64,000 nt of DNA, taken from the NCBI GenBank assembly GCA_046075565.1, contig JBJTQJ010000025.1, forward strand, positions 73,326 through 137,325, read 5' to 3'. The notes below the pieces were generated by a model. It did no database searches. It was not told the origin of the DNA and worked only from the letters and a program-made list of their open reading frames with translations. The DNA comes from Verrucomicrobiales bacterium (lineage in GTDB: Bacteria; Verrucomicrobiota; Verrucomicrobiia; Verrucomicrobiales; SLCJ01). The position numbers and the translations under genes were made by a program. The first letter of the stretch is position 1; each line of letters starts with the position of its first letter. This document shows, piece after piece, positions 44,047-53,707 of this stretch.

Positions 44047-45030
44047 TTATTCCTTCGGTTGTTCGGCCGGTTGTTCCGCGGGTTGTGCTTTGGCAGCTTC
44101 TATCGTTGCTTCAATACGAGGGCGGATCTGGGCGAACTCTTTGGCGGTATCGGACTCAGGCGCAATGGCAACGATCTCGTCGAGCAACTTGAGTGCGCCG
44201 ACGTTATCCTTGCGCATGCCCGCGAGTTGCAACTTGAGGGTCATTGCGCGTTGTTTCATCTCGCCTTCGTATTTGCCATCGGCGATCAGCTTGTCGATGA
44301 TTTGACCGGCTCCATCAAAATCACCGGCTTGGACCTTTTCATCAAGTTGAGGCACGACCTCCTTGACCTTCTCTTCAAATGCCTTGGTGTCGGAGGCAAG
44401 TTTGGCCTTTTTCCCGAAACCAAGGGTGTCTTCTTTGTCCGCCGCGATAATGGCGTCCACTTCGGCCTGGTAGAATGCTCCTTGCAATTCGGGGGCGATT
44501 TTGGCCAGTCCTTCGGCAAGCAATTTTGCTTTCTCGAGGCCCTCCGCCTTTTCAGCTTTTGCGAACGCGGCATCGCGGGCGGTCTTGGCCTCGCGCAGGG
44601 TGGCGAGATGGGTGACATATTTTTCCGGACCACCTTCTTCGTAGCCGGTCTTCGCGTAGGGACGACCACTGGCATCGGCTAGGATGATGGTGGGAAATCC
44701 TTCGATGGCGTATGTCTTCTGGAGACCTTCGTTTTGCTTCTTGATCTCGGGAGCGACCTTGGCTTCGTCCTGGGGAAAGTCGAGTTCCACGAGCACGAAG
44801 TCGTTTGGAACAACATTGCGGAAAGCATCCTTGGAAAAGACCTCCTCGTTCAACTTGATACACCATCCGCACCAATCGGAACCGGTAAAGTCGATCAAGA
44901 GATCCTTTTTGTCTTTGGCGGCAGTCGCTTTGGCGGCTTCAAAGTCCTGAACCCAGACCTCGCCGCCAGCGAGGAGGTGTCCCGCGCCGAGGATGGCGGC
45001 GGCAATGGTGGAAATGAGTTGTCGTATCAT
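44047..45030 (-). CDS. Exported thioredoxin-family protein with helical C-terminus
   Basis: Signal peptide, FTGSDWCGWC, GFPT cis-Pro loop. Confidence 0.9.
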   Translation of the reverse strand: MIRQLISTIAAAILGAGHLLAGGEVWVQDFEAAKATAAKDKKDLLIDFTGSDWCGWCIKLNEEVFSKDAFRNVVPNDFVLVELDFPQDEAKVAPEIKKQNEGLQKTYAIEGFPTIILADASGRPYAKTGYEEGGPEKYVTHLATLREAKTARDAAFAKAEKAEGLEKAKLLAEGLAKIAPELQGAFYQAEVDAIIAADKEDTLGFGKKAKLASDTKAFEEKVKEVVPQLDEKVQAGDFDGAGQIIDKLIADGKYEGEMKQRAMTLKLQLAGMRKDNVGALKLLDEIVAIAPESDTAKEFAQIRPRIEATIEAAKAQPAEQPAEQPKE

Positions 45031-45092
45031 GGCAGACCGCCAGCATCCGCCCCAGCGGCCATGCCTGCAAGCTCAATTCCAGCGACTTTCGT

Positions 45093-45476
45093 TTATTCGG
45101 CTGTTTTGGCCCCGGCGGCGAGGGACCGCGCCCGCCCGAGCGAGCCAAGGTCGTGGACTTGGCTGTAGCCCAGTTTGCGCAAGGTGCGGACGGCGAACGC
45201 GCTCCGGGTCCCGCTCAAGCAATGAACGAGGACCGGTTGATTTTTGTCCGGGGCGACAGTGGCAATCCGGGCTTCAAGCGAATCGAGCGGAACATTGATC
45301 GCTCCCTCCACATGGTCGGAGGCGAATTCGCCCGGACCGCGAACGTCGATCATCACCGCTCCGTCCCTGATTAAGGCAACGGCATCGGATTTCGGCACCT
45401 GACCGAGTCTCTTGAAAAGAATGAAGCCGATGACGATCACCAGCGGGATAATCCAGATGGCGTGGTCTTTGAACAT
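45093..45476 (-). CDS. Membrane-anchored rhodanese-like protein
   Basis: N-terminal TM, IDVR..EF...H..GAINVP, HCLSGTRS. Confidence 0.92.
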   Translation of the reverse strand: MFKDHAIWIIPLVIVIGFILFKRLGQVPKSDAVALIRDGAVMIDVRGPGEFASDHVEGAINVPLDSLEARIATVAPDKNQPVLVHCLSGTRSAFAVRTLRKLGYSQVHDLGSLGRARSLAAGAKTAE

Positions 45477-45493
45477 GATGTAATTTTGGCTTG

Positions 45494-46552
45494 TTAGGAT
45501 TCCGGTGCGCCGGGCAGCAGACCGTCATGGCGAGCGCGGCGCAGACGTTCGTTCAGGGCGAGGCCGATTCCGTGCTCAGGAAGCGGTTCGGCGACGATGG
45601 CGTCTGTTCCGAGTTCATCAAGCCGGCGGAGCAGTGCGTAGAAGCGCACGGCGGCTTCGATGATTTTTCCTGAACCCGGGCTGAGGATTTCCATCGCCGC
45701 CCAGTCCGTTAGGCCGATGAAACCATCTTCGGCATCCCCACGATAACTGAGCAAAGCATACCTTTTTCCCGGCACCGGGTGGAAATCCGCGGGCGAAGCG
45801 GGCGTGAGCAATGGCGTTCGGGGAGCGTAGTGGCTATCGAGTTGTCCGGGCACTTCCGGCAATGTCCCACTCCCCCGCTCTCGTTCGACCACCTTCACTT
45901 TGCCGAAGGGTTTGAGCATATCCTTGGTCACCGGGCCGGGACGCAGAATTTCAATGAGCGGCTTTTTCTCGCCCGGAGTGATGCGGATAATCGTGCTCTC
46001 GACCCCGTCGCGGGCGGCTCCCCCGTCAATGACGAGGGGGATGCGGCCTTCAAGTTCGGTCATTACGGCCCCGGCGGTGGTGGGGGAAATTCGCCCGAAG
46101 CGATTCGCCGAGGGGGCGGCGAGCGGACGACCGAGTTCCTTGAGAATGCCGCGAACGAGGGCATGGGACGGTGCGCGAACGGCCACCGTGGGCAGACCCG
46201 CGCATACGGAATCGTGAACGCGGGGGCCTCGGGGCAGCACGATGGTCAATGGACCTGGCCAGAACTCCTCGGTCAGGCGTCGGAAAGCGGGTTCAATTTC
46301 CTCCGGCACCACGGCGACGCCATCGAGCATGCCACGCCCGAGCACATGGACAATCAGGGGATCGTGAGATGGGCGGTCTTTGGCTTTGAAAACACGCGCG
46401 ACAGCGGCGGGGTTGAAGGCGTCGGCGGCGAGCCCGTAAACGGTTTCGGTAGGCAAGGCGACGGTCTGGCCTTGGGCCAGCAACTCGGCGGCTTCCTTGG
46501 CCACCTCGCGGTGGCTGGTGAAAAGTTCGAGCTCGATGAGTTTGGTTTCCAT
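45494..46552 (-). CDS. tsaC: L-threonylcarbamoyladenylate synthase (Sua5 type)
   Basis: PTETVYGL, K.RP..DPLIVH, WPGPLT, APSAN, PG.L.SHYAP Sua5 linker. Confidence 0.95.
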   Translation of the reverse strand: METKLIELELFTSHREVAKEAAELLAQGQTVALPTETVYGLAADAFNPAAVARVFKAKDRPSHDPLIVHVLGRGMLDGVAVVPEEIEPAFRRLTEEFWPGPLTIVLPRGPRVHDSVCAGLPTVAVRAPSHALVRGILKELGRPLAAPSANRFGRISPTTAGAVMTELEGRIPLVIDGGAARDGVESTIIRITPGEKKPLIEILRPGPVTKDMLKPFGKVKVVERERGSGTLPEVPGQLDSHYAPRTPLLTPASPADFHPVPGKRYALLSYRGDAEDGFIGLTDWAAMEILSPGSGKIIEAAVRFYALLRRLDELGTDAIVAEPLPEHGIGLALNERLRRARHDGLLPGAPES

Positions 46553-46630
46553 GGGACTTGGGGTTCGGGCCGCGGAGGCGGCACGATATTTGCTGGTCCT
46601 CATCCATAACAGGGCTTATCTTCCCGCGCA

Positions 46631-47263
46631 ATGGCAGATGCCGAATCCGACCACGATCTTCTCCCTCCCCGGACTCCCCCGCGGGCGAGGAACATCGTGC
46701 TTGTCGGGTTCATGGCGACCGGTAAGACAACCCTCGGGCGGCTGGTGGCACGCAAGGCCGGATTCACCTTTGTGGACATGGACAAGAAAATCGAGGAAGC
46801 GGCTGGCATGAGCATCCCGAAAATCTTTGAATTGGAGGGCGAGGATGGTTTTCGGGCCCGGGAGACCTCGGTGCTGCGCGAGTTGGTCGGTTCGGAGCGC
46901 CATGTCATCGCCACCGGCGGCGGAGTCGTGACGCGGGAGGAGAATCATCCCTTGTTGCGCGACCTCGGCTTCGTCGTGTGGTTGCACACGCGTAAAAAGA
47001 TCATCTTCGACCGGGTGACCCGCAATCCCCACCGCCCTTTGCTGCGCACGGCGGATCCCTACGCGACCATCAAGGCGATGGTGGAGGAGCGGAAGCCCCT
47101 TTACAAGGCCGTCGCCGATTTGAAGGTGAAAACCTGTGATCTTTCGCAATCAGAGTCGGTCGGAGGAATTCTCGACAGTGCTTGCTGGTTTTTCCGGGCA
47201 CATTTTCCCGGGGAACACGAATGTGGAGATGCAAAGTCTTCCCCGCCTCCGGCGACGCTCTGA
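46631..47263 (+). CDS. aroK: Shikimate kinase
   Basis: GFMATGKTT, GE.GFR.RE, IATGGG, RPLL. Confidence 0.95.
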   Translation: MADAESDHDLLPPRTPPRARNIVLVGFMATGKTTLGRLVARKAGFTFVDMDKKIEEAAGMSIPKIFELEGEDGFRARETSVLRELVGSERHVIATGGGVVTREENHPLLRDLGFVVWLHTRKKIIFDRVTRNPHRPLLRTADPYATIKAMVEERKPLYKAVADLKVKTCDLSQSESVGGILDSACWFFRAHFPGEHECGDAKSSPPPATL

Positions 47264-47341
47264 GCGCCTCGGTCCGATTTCACGGATATTTCATCCCCCT
47301 TTCACGGTCCTTTCACGGAGCCGCTCCACGATAGCGGCACC

Positions 47342-48007
47342 ATGCAACTCGAACGTCTTCTCACTTCCGACCACCTTTCGACCGGTCGTCGCGACGTGTT
47401 CAGTTCGCTGGGTCTTTTCGTGGTTGGTTGTTTGCTCTACGGCCTCGGCATGGGGGCTTGGCGATCCTGGACAATGGGAGTCTATGTCGCGATTAAACTG
47501 CCGTTCTGCCTGCTGGCGACACTCGGGATCAACGGACTCTTCAGCGTGATCATCGCGGCCTTTACCGGAAGCGGTTTGGGCATGCGCGAAACCCTGGCCA
47601 TGCAACTCCGCGCTTGTTCGGTATCGGCGGTGGTGTTGGGTGGCTTTGCTCCGGTGGGAATTTTTCTGGCCCGTGTGCTACCTTCGCCGCCCGATAGCCC
47701 GGTGGCTCACATCCATGCGGGCCTGATGTTTTTCCACACCCTGATGATTGCGTTTGCCGGAGTGATCGGCCTGGCCTCGTTGCGGCGGATCCTCCTCCGT
47801 CATGCCAGTGGGCCCGGTCCGGCGCGCTGGACCATGCTGGCTTGGTTGACGGGAAACTTTCTCGCCGGCTCACAAGTTGCTTGGTTCCTGCGCCCGTTTT
47901 TCGGCTCCGCTTATTTGCCAGTGGAGTTTCTCAGAGAGGATCCATTCTCGAGCGGATTCCTCGAATCCCTGCTCCTAGCCATCCCGCGCCTTCTCAAAGC
48001 TTTCTAA
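47342..48007 (+). CDS. Five-TM membrane protein (YIP1-like), first of a paralog pair
   Basis: Hydrophobic helices, AIKLP, FAPV, QVAWFLRPFFG. Confidence 0.75.
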   Translation: MQLERLLTSDHLSTGRRDVFSSLGLFVVGCLLYGLGMGAWRSWTMGVYVAIKLPFCLLATLGINGLFSVIIAAFTGSGLGMRETLAMQLRACSVSAVVLGGFAPVGIFLARVLPSPPDSPVAHIHAGLMFFHTLMIAFAGVIGLASLRRILLRHASGPGPARWTMLAWLTGNFLAGSQVAWFLRPFFGSAYLPVEFLREDPFSSGFLESLLLAIPRLLKAF

Positions 48008-48020
48008 CTTGAAAAATCAT

Positions 48021-48743
48021 ATGAACTCGAATCCTGAAACCATGAGCACCACCCAACTCCTCGACACCATCTTGCGCCAACCGCGCGATCAAGCCCGTGA
48101 ACTTGCCACCACATCGCCACCGGCCCGACTCCTCATCATCCTTGGCAGCACGGCAATTGTTTCCATCCTCGTCTTCGGTCTGGTGATTGGATGGTTCGGC
48201 GGCGGTGCTGCTCTTTGGCAGACTCCCCTCAAACTCACGGGAGGACTGCTCTTCACCTGTCTCATTTGTTTTCCCAGCCTCTGTATCCTTGGGGCCCTCG
48301 CGGGATCCGATGCCGGACCCCGCGGCCATTTCGCGGTTTTGCTTGGTGGTCTCGCCCTAACAGGACTTCTGCTCCTCGGTCTCGCGCCCGTATTGTGGGT
48401 TTTCTCGCAGTCTACCGGCTCGCCCGGGTTCTTTGGATTCCTCGCCCTCGGTCTCTGGTGGATCTGCATGTTGGCCGGTCTGTTTTTCATCGCCCGGGGC
48501 CTGCGCGGGACGACCATTCGGGGATTCGGTCCTCTCGCTCTCTGGACCGGTATCTTCCTCCTCGTGGCATTACAAACGGTGACGAGCTTGCGCCCCCTGC
48601 TTGAACCCACGGACAAACTTTTCGCGGAAAAGAAAATGTTCTTCCTCGAACATTGGGTGAGTGTGATGAACGGTGAGTCCCAAAACGCCTCGGATGAGGA
48701 GGTCGATTGTGAAGGGGAAACCGTCGTCGATTCGTCCCGATAA
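48021..48743 (+). CDS. Five-TM membrane protein (YIP1-like), second of a paralog pair
   Basis: PLKL, CFPSL, LAPV, QTVTSLRPLL; start at 48009, 48021 or 48042. Confidence 0.75.
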   Translation: MNSNPETMSTTQLLDTILRQPRDQARELATTSPPARLLIILGSTAIVSILVFGLVIGWFGGGAALWQTPLKLTGGLLFTCLICFPSLCILGALAGSDAGPRGHFAVLLGGLALTGLLLLGLAPVLWVFSQSTGSPGFFGFLALGLWWICMLAGLFFIARGLRGTTIRGFGPLALWTGIFLLVALQTVTSLRPLLEPTDKLFAEKKMFFLEHWVSVMNGESQNASDEEVDCEGETVVDSSR

Positions 48744-48818
48744 CCAGCGCCTCGAGTGTTTTGATCGTTCCGAAAGATGACGGCAGACCTTACGGTCGGG
48801 GGTTCTTCGATTTGGATA

Positions 48819-49820
48819 TCAATCACCTGACGGCCGGAAACCCAGCACGTGGAAAGCTTCCCCCGCCCTCATGCCAGGGTCATTGGCATCAACCCGGGGG
48901 TGGTGGGTTCGAATAAACTCCGATTGGCTTTCCGGTGGTTGGCAGACGATACCGCATTGTTCGCACCAAGCTGCGAGGTCGGTGAAGTTCACATCGCAGG
49001 TGATGTCTTGTGAGCCAAGTCTGCGGAAAACATCGAGACCGGCGAGGCGTTCCTGCCGCCAATAGGCGCGCAGGGTGCCGGCGGGCCGGCGGTGATAAAG
49101 CGTCGGGAAAACATCGCCATAGTCAATCCACAAGCCAGCGCCCTTGCGCCATTGGGAAACCCATTCCTGCATCCATTCGGAGAAGGAGACCAGGTGTTCT
49201 ACACGCTGGCCGTTGGGAATGCTCCCTCCGGGCCAAGCCCGAGCTTCGAGAAAACCGGCGGATTTCCCGTCTGGCGTCCAGAGCCGCGTGGTTTCACGGA
49301 TGAGTCCATCACTTTGGACCTCGAGGCAACATTCATTCCAAATGCTGCCATCCCATGACAAGACCTCAGGAGGGAAAGCATCGACAAGCTCGTTCGCAAA
49401 CAAGATGGCGCGTCCATCGCATGCGGATAACGCATCTCTCATGTTCTCGTGCCAGCGGACGCGGCTTCCGAGTATTTCCTTTTGCCGTTGGCGTAAGGTC
49501 AATGAAGTATCGACTATATGATAGCGCGGCTTCCGCCAGCCCGGCCATTGCTTGAGGATGGTTCGCGCCAGGGATCCATCGCCGGCGCCGATCTCGATGA
49601 GATCACGAATGCCGGAGTGTTTCGACTGTGCATGCGCCCATCGGCTGATGGCCGTGCCCAGCGAGACCCCGAGAGTGGCATTGGTGGAGAAATCGCCGGT
49701 TCGTCCTACTGTTCCGATGTTGGCGGTGTAGTAGCCGCTCTCGGGATCATGAAGTGCCCGGGCGATAATGTCGCGGAAACCATGGATGCCGGGTTCGAGC
49801 ATGTTGTTAGGCTTTGCCAT
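48819..49820 (-). CDS. MidA/NDUFAF7-family SAM-dependent methyltransferase
   Basis: ALHDP..GYY, G..GDFST, EIGAGDG, NELVDAFP, IDYG, QDIT.DVNF. Confidence 0.9.
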   Translation of the reverse strand: MAKPNNMLEPGIHGFRDIIARALHDPESGYYTANIGTVGRTGDFSTNATLGVSLGTAISRWAHAQSKHSGIRDLIEIGAGDGSLARTILKQWPGWRKPRYHIVDTSLTLRQRQKEILGSRVRWHENMRDALSACDGRAILFANELVDAFPPEVLSWDGSIWNECCLEVQSDGLIRETTRLWTPDGKSAGFLEARAWPGGSIPNGQRVEHLVSFSEWMQEWVSQWRKGAGLWIDYGDVFPTLYHRRPAGTLRAYWRQERLAGLDVFRRLGSQDITCDVNFTDLAAWCEQCGIVCQPPESQSEFIRTHHPRVDANDPGMRAGEAFHVLGFRPSGD

Positions 49821-50643
49821 CTCCGCGCGGACCGTAGAAGACTTCGACCATGGTCAGCCCCTCGGCTCCGGCGCAGAGCGGGCTTTTGATCAAGCGACCG
49901 GTCTTGTCGATTTTCGCTTCAAACAGCCTGCGCAAGCCCTCGGCGTCGAGGGATCCGCGGCCCACATGGATCAGTGCACCGACCATCAGCCGCACCATCT
50001 TGTAAAGGAATCCTTTGCCTTCGATGTCCATGGTCAGATACGGACCATCGACCGTCACGTCGAAACGCCAGACGCGGCGGATATTGCGTCCGGACTCGGG
50101 TGCGGCATCGGTGCCATCGTGACGGAAGGCGGCGAAGGCGGAGAAGTCATGTTCACCGAGAAAGACCGGGGCGGCTGCGATCATCGCCTCTGTGTCGAGC
50201 GGCCATGGCCAGTGCCAGACCACGCCGTGATCGAGCGGGGGCAAAATGGGACCATTGAACAAACGATACCGGTAGTGTTTGCCCGTCGAGCTCCGGCGCG
50301 CGTGGAAATCAGGTGGTGCGTCATCCGTTTCGAGCACGCGGATGGTCGGCGGCAGCAGGGGATTGAGGGCACGTGTCCAGGCCGCGCCATCCATACGCCA
50401 ATCCCCCGGCACATCAAAATGGGCGATCTGGGCGAGGGCATGCACACCCGCGTCGGTCCGGCCCGAGGCATGGACACGAGTGAGTTGATCCGATTTCAAA
50501 ACCCGGGCGATGGCAGCTTCCAGTTGTTCCTGGACCGAACGTCCGTCGCCCACATGCTGCCAGCCCGAATGATGCCGACCGTCGTAGGCCAGCACCAGCT
50601 TCATCCGGTGGGGAGGAGGGGTTGTTTCGGTGGAAGAACTCAT
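49807..50643 (-). CDS. truA: tRNA pseudouridine(38-40) synthase
   Basis: YDG...GWQ, GRTDAGVHA, FHAR, GEHDFSAF, FLYKMVR. Confidence 0.97.
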   Translation of the reverse strand: MSSSTETTPPPHRMKLVLAYDGRHHSGWQHVGDGRSVQEQLEAAIARVLKSDQLTRVHASGRTDAGVHALAQIAHFDVPGDWRMDGAAWTRALNPLLPPTIRVLETDDAPPDFHARRSSTGKHYRYRLFNGPILPPLDHGVVWHWPWPLDTEAMIAAAPVFLGEHDFSAFAAFRHDGTDAAPESGRNIRRVWRFDVTVDGPYLTMDIEGKGFLYKMVRLMVGALIHVGRGSLDAEGLRRLFEAKIDKTGRLIKSPLCAGAEGLTMVEVFYGPRGDGKA

Positions 50644-50685
50644 CTCAGCTTGGAGCGAATTGGGGAGACGGATGAAATTCTAGAG

Positions 50686-51183
50686 TCAGAGTTCCCCGGC
50701 CTTGAGGGCTTTGAGGAATGATTCATAGGAATGGATTTGCACGACGTTGGCGGCGGCGGGCAAATGTTTTTTCAATTCACCGGAGAGATACCATTCCTTG
50801 AGGGTCCATCCATCACCCCCGAGCACGAGCAAGGCTTTGGTGTAGCGGTCTTCCTGCTTTTCGGCTTTTGCACTCTGGGCGATGGCCTCGGCGAGGCAGA
50901 TCATTTCGTAAGGAATCTTCTGTTCGGCTGTGCCACCGGCTTGCTGCCATTTGAGGGACACGAGGATATTGCGTCCTTCTTTGCGCGCTACGACATCGAC
51001 GTAGTGGCGTCCGCCATCCGGGCGGGTGCCCGCCAGGACCTGATGGGCTGTGTTGTAACCTGCTTCCTTGAAATCGGCTTCAACTTGGTTTTCAAAGTCA
51101 CGACCGGTGGTGGTGTCGCGGGCGGGTTCCTCGGCACCGAGACAGGCGACAAAGCAGAGCCAGAGCACACGGAGGCATTTCAT
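50686..51183 (-). CDS. PD-(D/E)XK restriction-like nuclease with putative signal peptide
   Basis: G.DFE, YVD, VSLKWQQ..GTAEQKIPYE; hydrophobic N-terminus MKCLRVLWLCFVACLGA. Confidence 0.75.
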   Translation of the reverse strand: MKCLRVLWLCFVACLGAEEPARDTTTGRDFENQVEADFKEAGYNTAHQVLAGTRPDGGRHYVDVVARKEGRNILVSLKWQQAGGTAEQKIPYEMICLAEAIAQSAKAEKQEDRYTKALLVLGGDGWTLKEWYLSGELKKHLPAAANVVQIHSYESFLKALKAGEL

Positions 51184-51189
51184 GTGCCC

Positions 51190-51218
51190 AGTAGAACCGA
51201 GACGCGTCGTGATGGCAA
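51190..51218 (-). promoter_or_regulatory. Sigma70-like promoter for the nuclease gene
   Basis: Minus strand TTGCCA-N17-TCTACT, 6 nt before ATG 51183. Confidence 0.4.
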
Positions 51219-51225
51219 GCTCCGA

Positions 51226-52149
51226 TTACCAACCGAGCAGTTCGAGGGAGGCCCCGGCATAGAAGCCGTTGTCCAAATCCGTGTCGAAGAGGGATTGCCC
51301 ATCTTGTTGGAGTTCGACTTCGGAGTAGAGCGTGTAACCGGCCTGAAGATTGAGCCAAAGGTGCGGCGAGTCGGCAAGTCGGCGGCGCACGGAGATTCCG
51401 GCGCGTCCGTAGCTGACGCTGGCGATATCCGGCCCAGCCTCGCCCTCATCGAGATCCGCCACGAAGCTTCGCGGACGGAAGGTCGCGGAGACAATCCAGT
51501 CTTCAGTTGGCATCCATGAAGCGGCGAGCTGGGGTGGGATCAGACTGAACAACCATTGGTCGTTTGGTTTCCAAGTGAAGCCGATACCTGGAACAGCGAA
51601 GATTCGATCCACATCGTAGCTGAAGTAGCCTCCGAACCCAATGGCGAGATTATTTCCGAACTGGCGCATGGCTACGGCGAAAGTGCGAAAGGCGAAATCA
51701 TCACTGTCGATGCTTTCAAAATCCGTTCGCAATCCGGGCACGACCTGACCGAGCCAGAACCATTGGCTGCCGGGTGTGCGGTGAGTGAAGGACAGCGGAA
51801 CATAGAGGGCATGCAGTTGGCCATCCCAAGCGATGGCTTCGTTGTCGATACTGAGATCGGTGAGCGAGTAGTCGATGCCGACCGCGAGTCGGGTTCCGTT
51901 GCCGAAATTGCGATAGAAGACCGGTGATCGAAGTTCAAAAACACTGATGTCGGCGGAGCCGGAACCGTCCTCGAAATCCATGGTGTCAAGCCATTCATAA
52001 GAAAGCGACGCCAAAGCCGGCACGGCCGGGCGAACGTCGGCGAGGAAATCGCGTGCGTCGGCGGCGGGGTCTTGGGAGGATTGGTCCGCCATTTGCGCAG
52101 AGAGAACCCCGGCAGTGGCGAGAAGAGCAAGGAAGGGCAAAAGCTTCAT
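51226..52149 (-). CDS. Outer-membrane beta-barrel protein (DUF6268-like)
   Basis: Signal peptide, amphipathic strands, PGLRTDF, P.IGFTW.P..QW....IPP, terminal Trp. Confidence 0.75.
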   Translation of the reverse strand: MKLLPFLALLATAGVLSAQMADQSSQDPAADARDFLADVRPAVPALASLSYEWLDTMDFEDGSGSADISVFELRSPVFYRNFGNGTRLAVGIDYSLTDLSIDNEAIAWDGQLHALYVPLSFTHRTPGSQWFWLGQVVPGLRTDFESIDSDDFAFRTFAVAMRQFGNNLAIGFGGYFSYDVDRIFAVPGIGFTWKPNDQWLFSLIPPQLAASWMPTEDWIVSATFRPRSFVADLDEGEAGPDIASVSYGRAGISVRRRLADSPHLWLNLQAGYTLYSEVELQQDGQSLFDTDLDNGFYAGASLELLGW

Positions 52150-52221
52150 GCCCGAGACACTACGCCTAACGGAGGGATCGTGGCGAGTGGATTTTTGGCC
52201 TCCACGATTTTCCAGTCAATT

Positions 52222-53664
52222 TCACTTCTTCTTCGGCGGCGGCTGATAGGTGGCCCCGTTATCGGCGGGCAGGGAATTGTGCCACGCCACAACCTCCGCT
52301 TTCAGGCGGGCGGTTTCGGAAACTTCATTCGCTGCGAGGTTCTCGCTCTCCGAGGGATCCGCAATGAGATCGTAAAGTTGCGGGGATGAGCCATCGTAGG
52401 CACAAAGGAGTTTCCACCGACCGTCGCGCACGGCGAGATCAGGGAGATTGGGTTCACCCGAAAAAGTGGCGCGGTCCGGAGGTCGGCGGAAAAAGAGCGG
52501 CTTTCCGCGGGGGGATTCGGAGTTTCCAAGCAAGGTTGCCGGCAGGGAAACGCCATCGAAGTTGACGCCTTCCGGGGCGGATACGGCGGCGATCGAGAGC
52601 AGCGTGGGTGTGATGTCGAGGGTCGAGAAGAAGGAAACGCCGTTGCTTGTGCCCGTTTTCGAGGCATTGACGTATCCGGGCCCCCAGACGACAAGCGGAG
52701 AGCGGATGCCGCCTTCATACAACATCGCTTTGCTGCCGCGGAATGGACCCGCCGACCCGACCTCGAATTCGGGTCCATTGTCCGAGCAGATCAATATCAA
52801 CGTGTTGTTCCTGAGCGCGGGATCGGAGCGGACACGTTCGAACAACTTCCCGAACTGACGGTCCATCGCCTCGAGCACGGAATGATAGAGACCCCGTTTG
52901 CCGTCCCGCCATTGATATACCGGGGGCCAGAACGGGCTGTGCACATCATCCGGCCATACGTTCACATAAAATGTCTTTCCCGTTTCCACGGAAAGATTGA
53001 TGAACTCCAACGCGGAATCAACGAAGCCAGTGGTGATCTTCGAGCGTTCCATCCAGGTGAACGGCTTGCCGAGTCGCTCGGCATCTCCCCAGATGCGCCC
53101 GGGTGTCTCATCCCCCGGCTTGAGGGTGAGAGGAAGCAACTTCGGACCCATGCCCTCGAAATTGGTGAGCGAAACATGAAATCCATAAGTCGTGATCGGC
53201 GGGGCATCGTCCACGTCACGCTGACCGCCCATGTGCCATTTACCGAAATGGCCGGTCGCGTATCCCGCGTCCCGCAACATGCGGGCGAGCATCGGGGCTT
53301 TCGGATCGAGCCAGTGGTCCATCCCCCGGGCCGTATTGGCAGCGCGGAATGCCAGATACGAGCCGATCCGCCAGCGCTGGGGATATTGCCCGGTCGAGAG
53401 ACCGACGCGGGATGGCGAGCAGAGCGGTGAGGCGACGTAAAACTGTTCAAAACGCAGGCCTTCCGAGGCCATGCGATCGATATTCGGAGTCTTGGCCTCC
53501 TTGTTGCCGAAACAGGATAAATCTCCCCATCCCATGTCGTCGATGAGGATCATGATGATATTCGGGCGACGGGCGGGCGCTGATTCCGCGGCGGAAACGA
53601 CGGGTGCCGGGCCGCAAATCGCCAGCGCGAGCAGCGGGACCATCAGGCATGTTAGACATTTCAT
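52222..53664 (-). CDS. Exported Cys-type (formylglycine) sulfatase
   Basis: RPNII.IL.DD.GWGD, CSPSR...TG, GKWH, SDNG, YEGGIR.P, LYDL..DP.E. Confidence 0.96.
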   Translation of the reverse strand: MKCLTCLMVPLLALAICGPAPVVSAAESAPARRPNIIMILIDDMGWGDLSCFGNKEAKTPNIDRMASEGLRFEQFYVASPLCSPSRVGLSTGQYPQRWRIGSYLAFRAANTARGMDHWLDPKAPMLARMLRDAGYATGHFGKWHMGGQRDVDDAPPITTYGFHVSLTNFEGMGPKLLPLTLKPGDETPGRIWGDAERLGKPFTWMERSKITTGFVDSALEFINLSVETGKTFYVNVWPDDVHSPFWPPVYQWRDGKRGLYHSVLEAMDRQFGKLFERVRSDPALRNNTLILICSDNGPEFEVGSAGPFRGSKAMLYEGGIRSPLVVWGPGYVNASKTGTSNGVSFFSTLDITPTLLSIAAVSAPEGVNFDGVSLPATLLGNSESPRGKPLFFRRPPDRATFSGEPNLPDLAVRDGRWKLLCAYDGSSPQLYDLIADPSESENLAANEVSETARLKAEVVAWHNSLPADNGATYQPPPKKK

Positions 53665-53707
53665 GGCGGTGGTCGGATTGGTTTTGCGCGGAATTCGCAC
53701 AACAGAA

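Noticed and set aside
48819-51183. Methyltransferase plus nuclease as a restriction-modification system
   Set aside because: The methyltransferase is MidA/NDUFAF7-type with no DPPY/NPPY or PC motif, and truA lies between the two genes.
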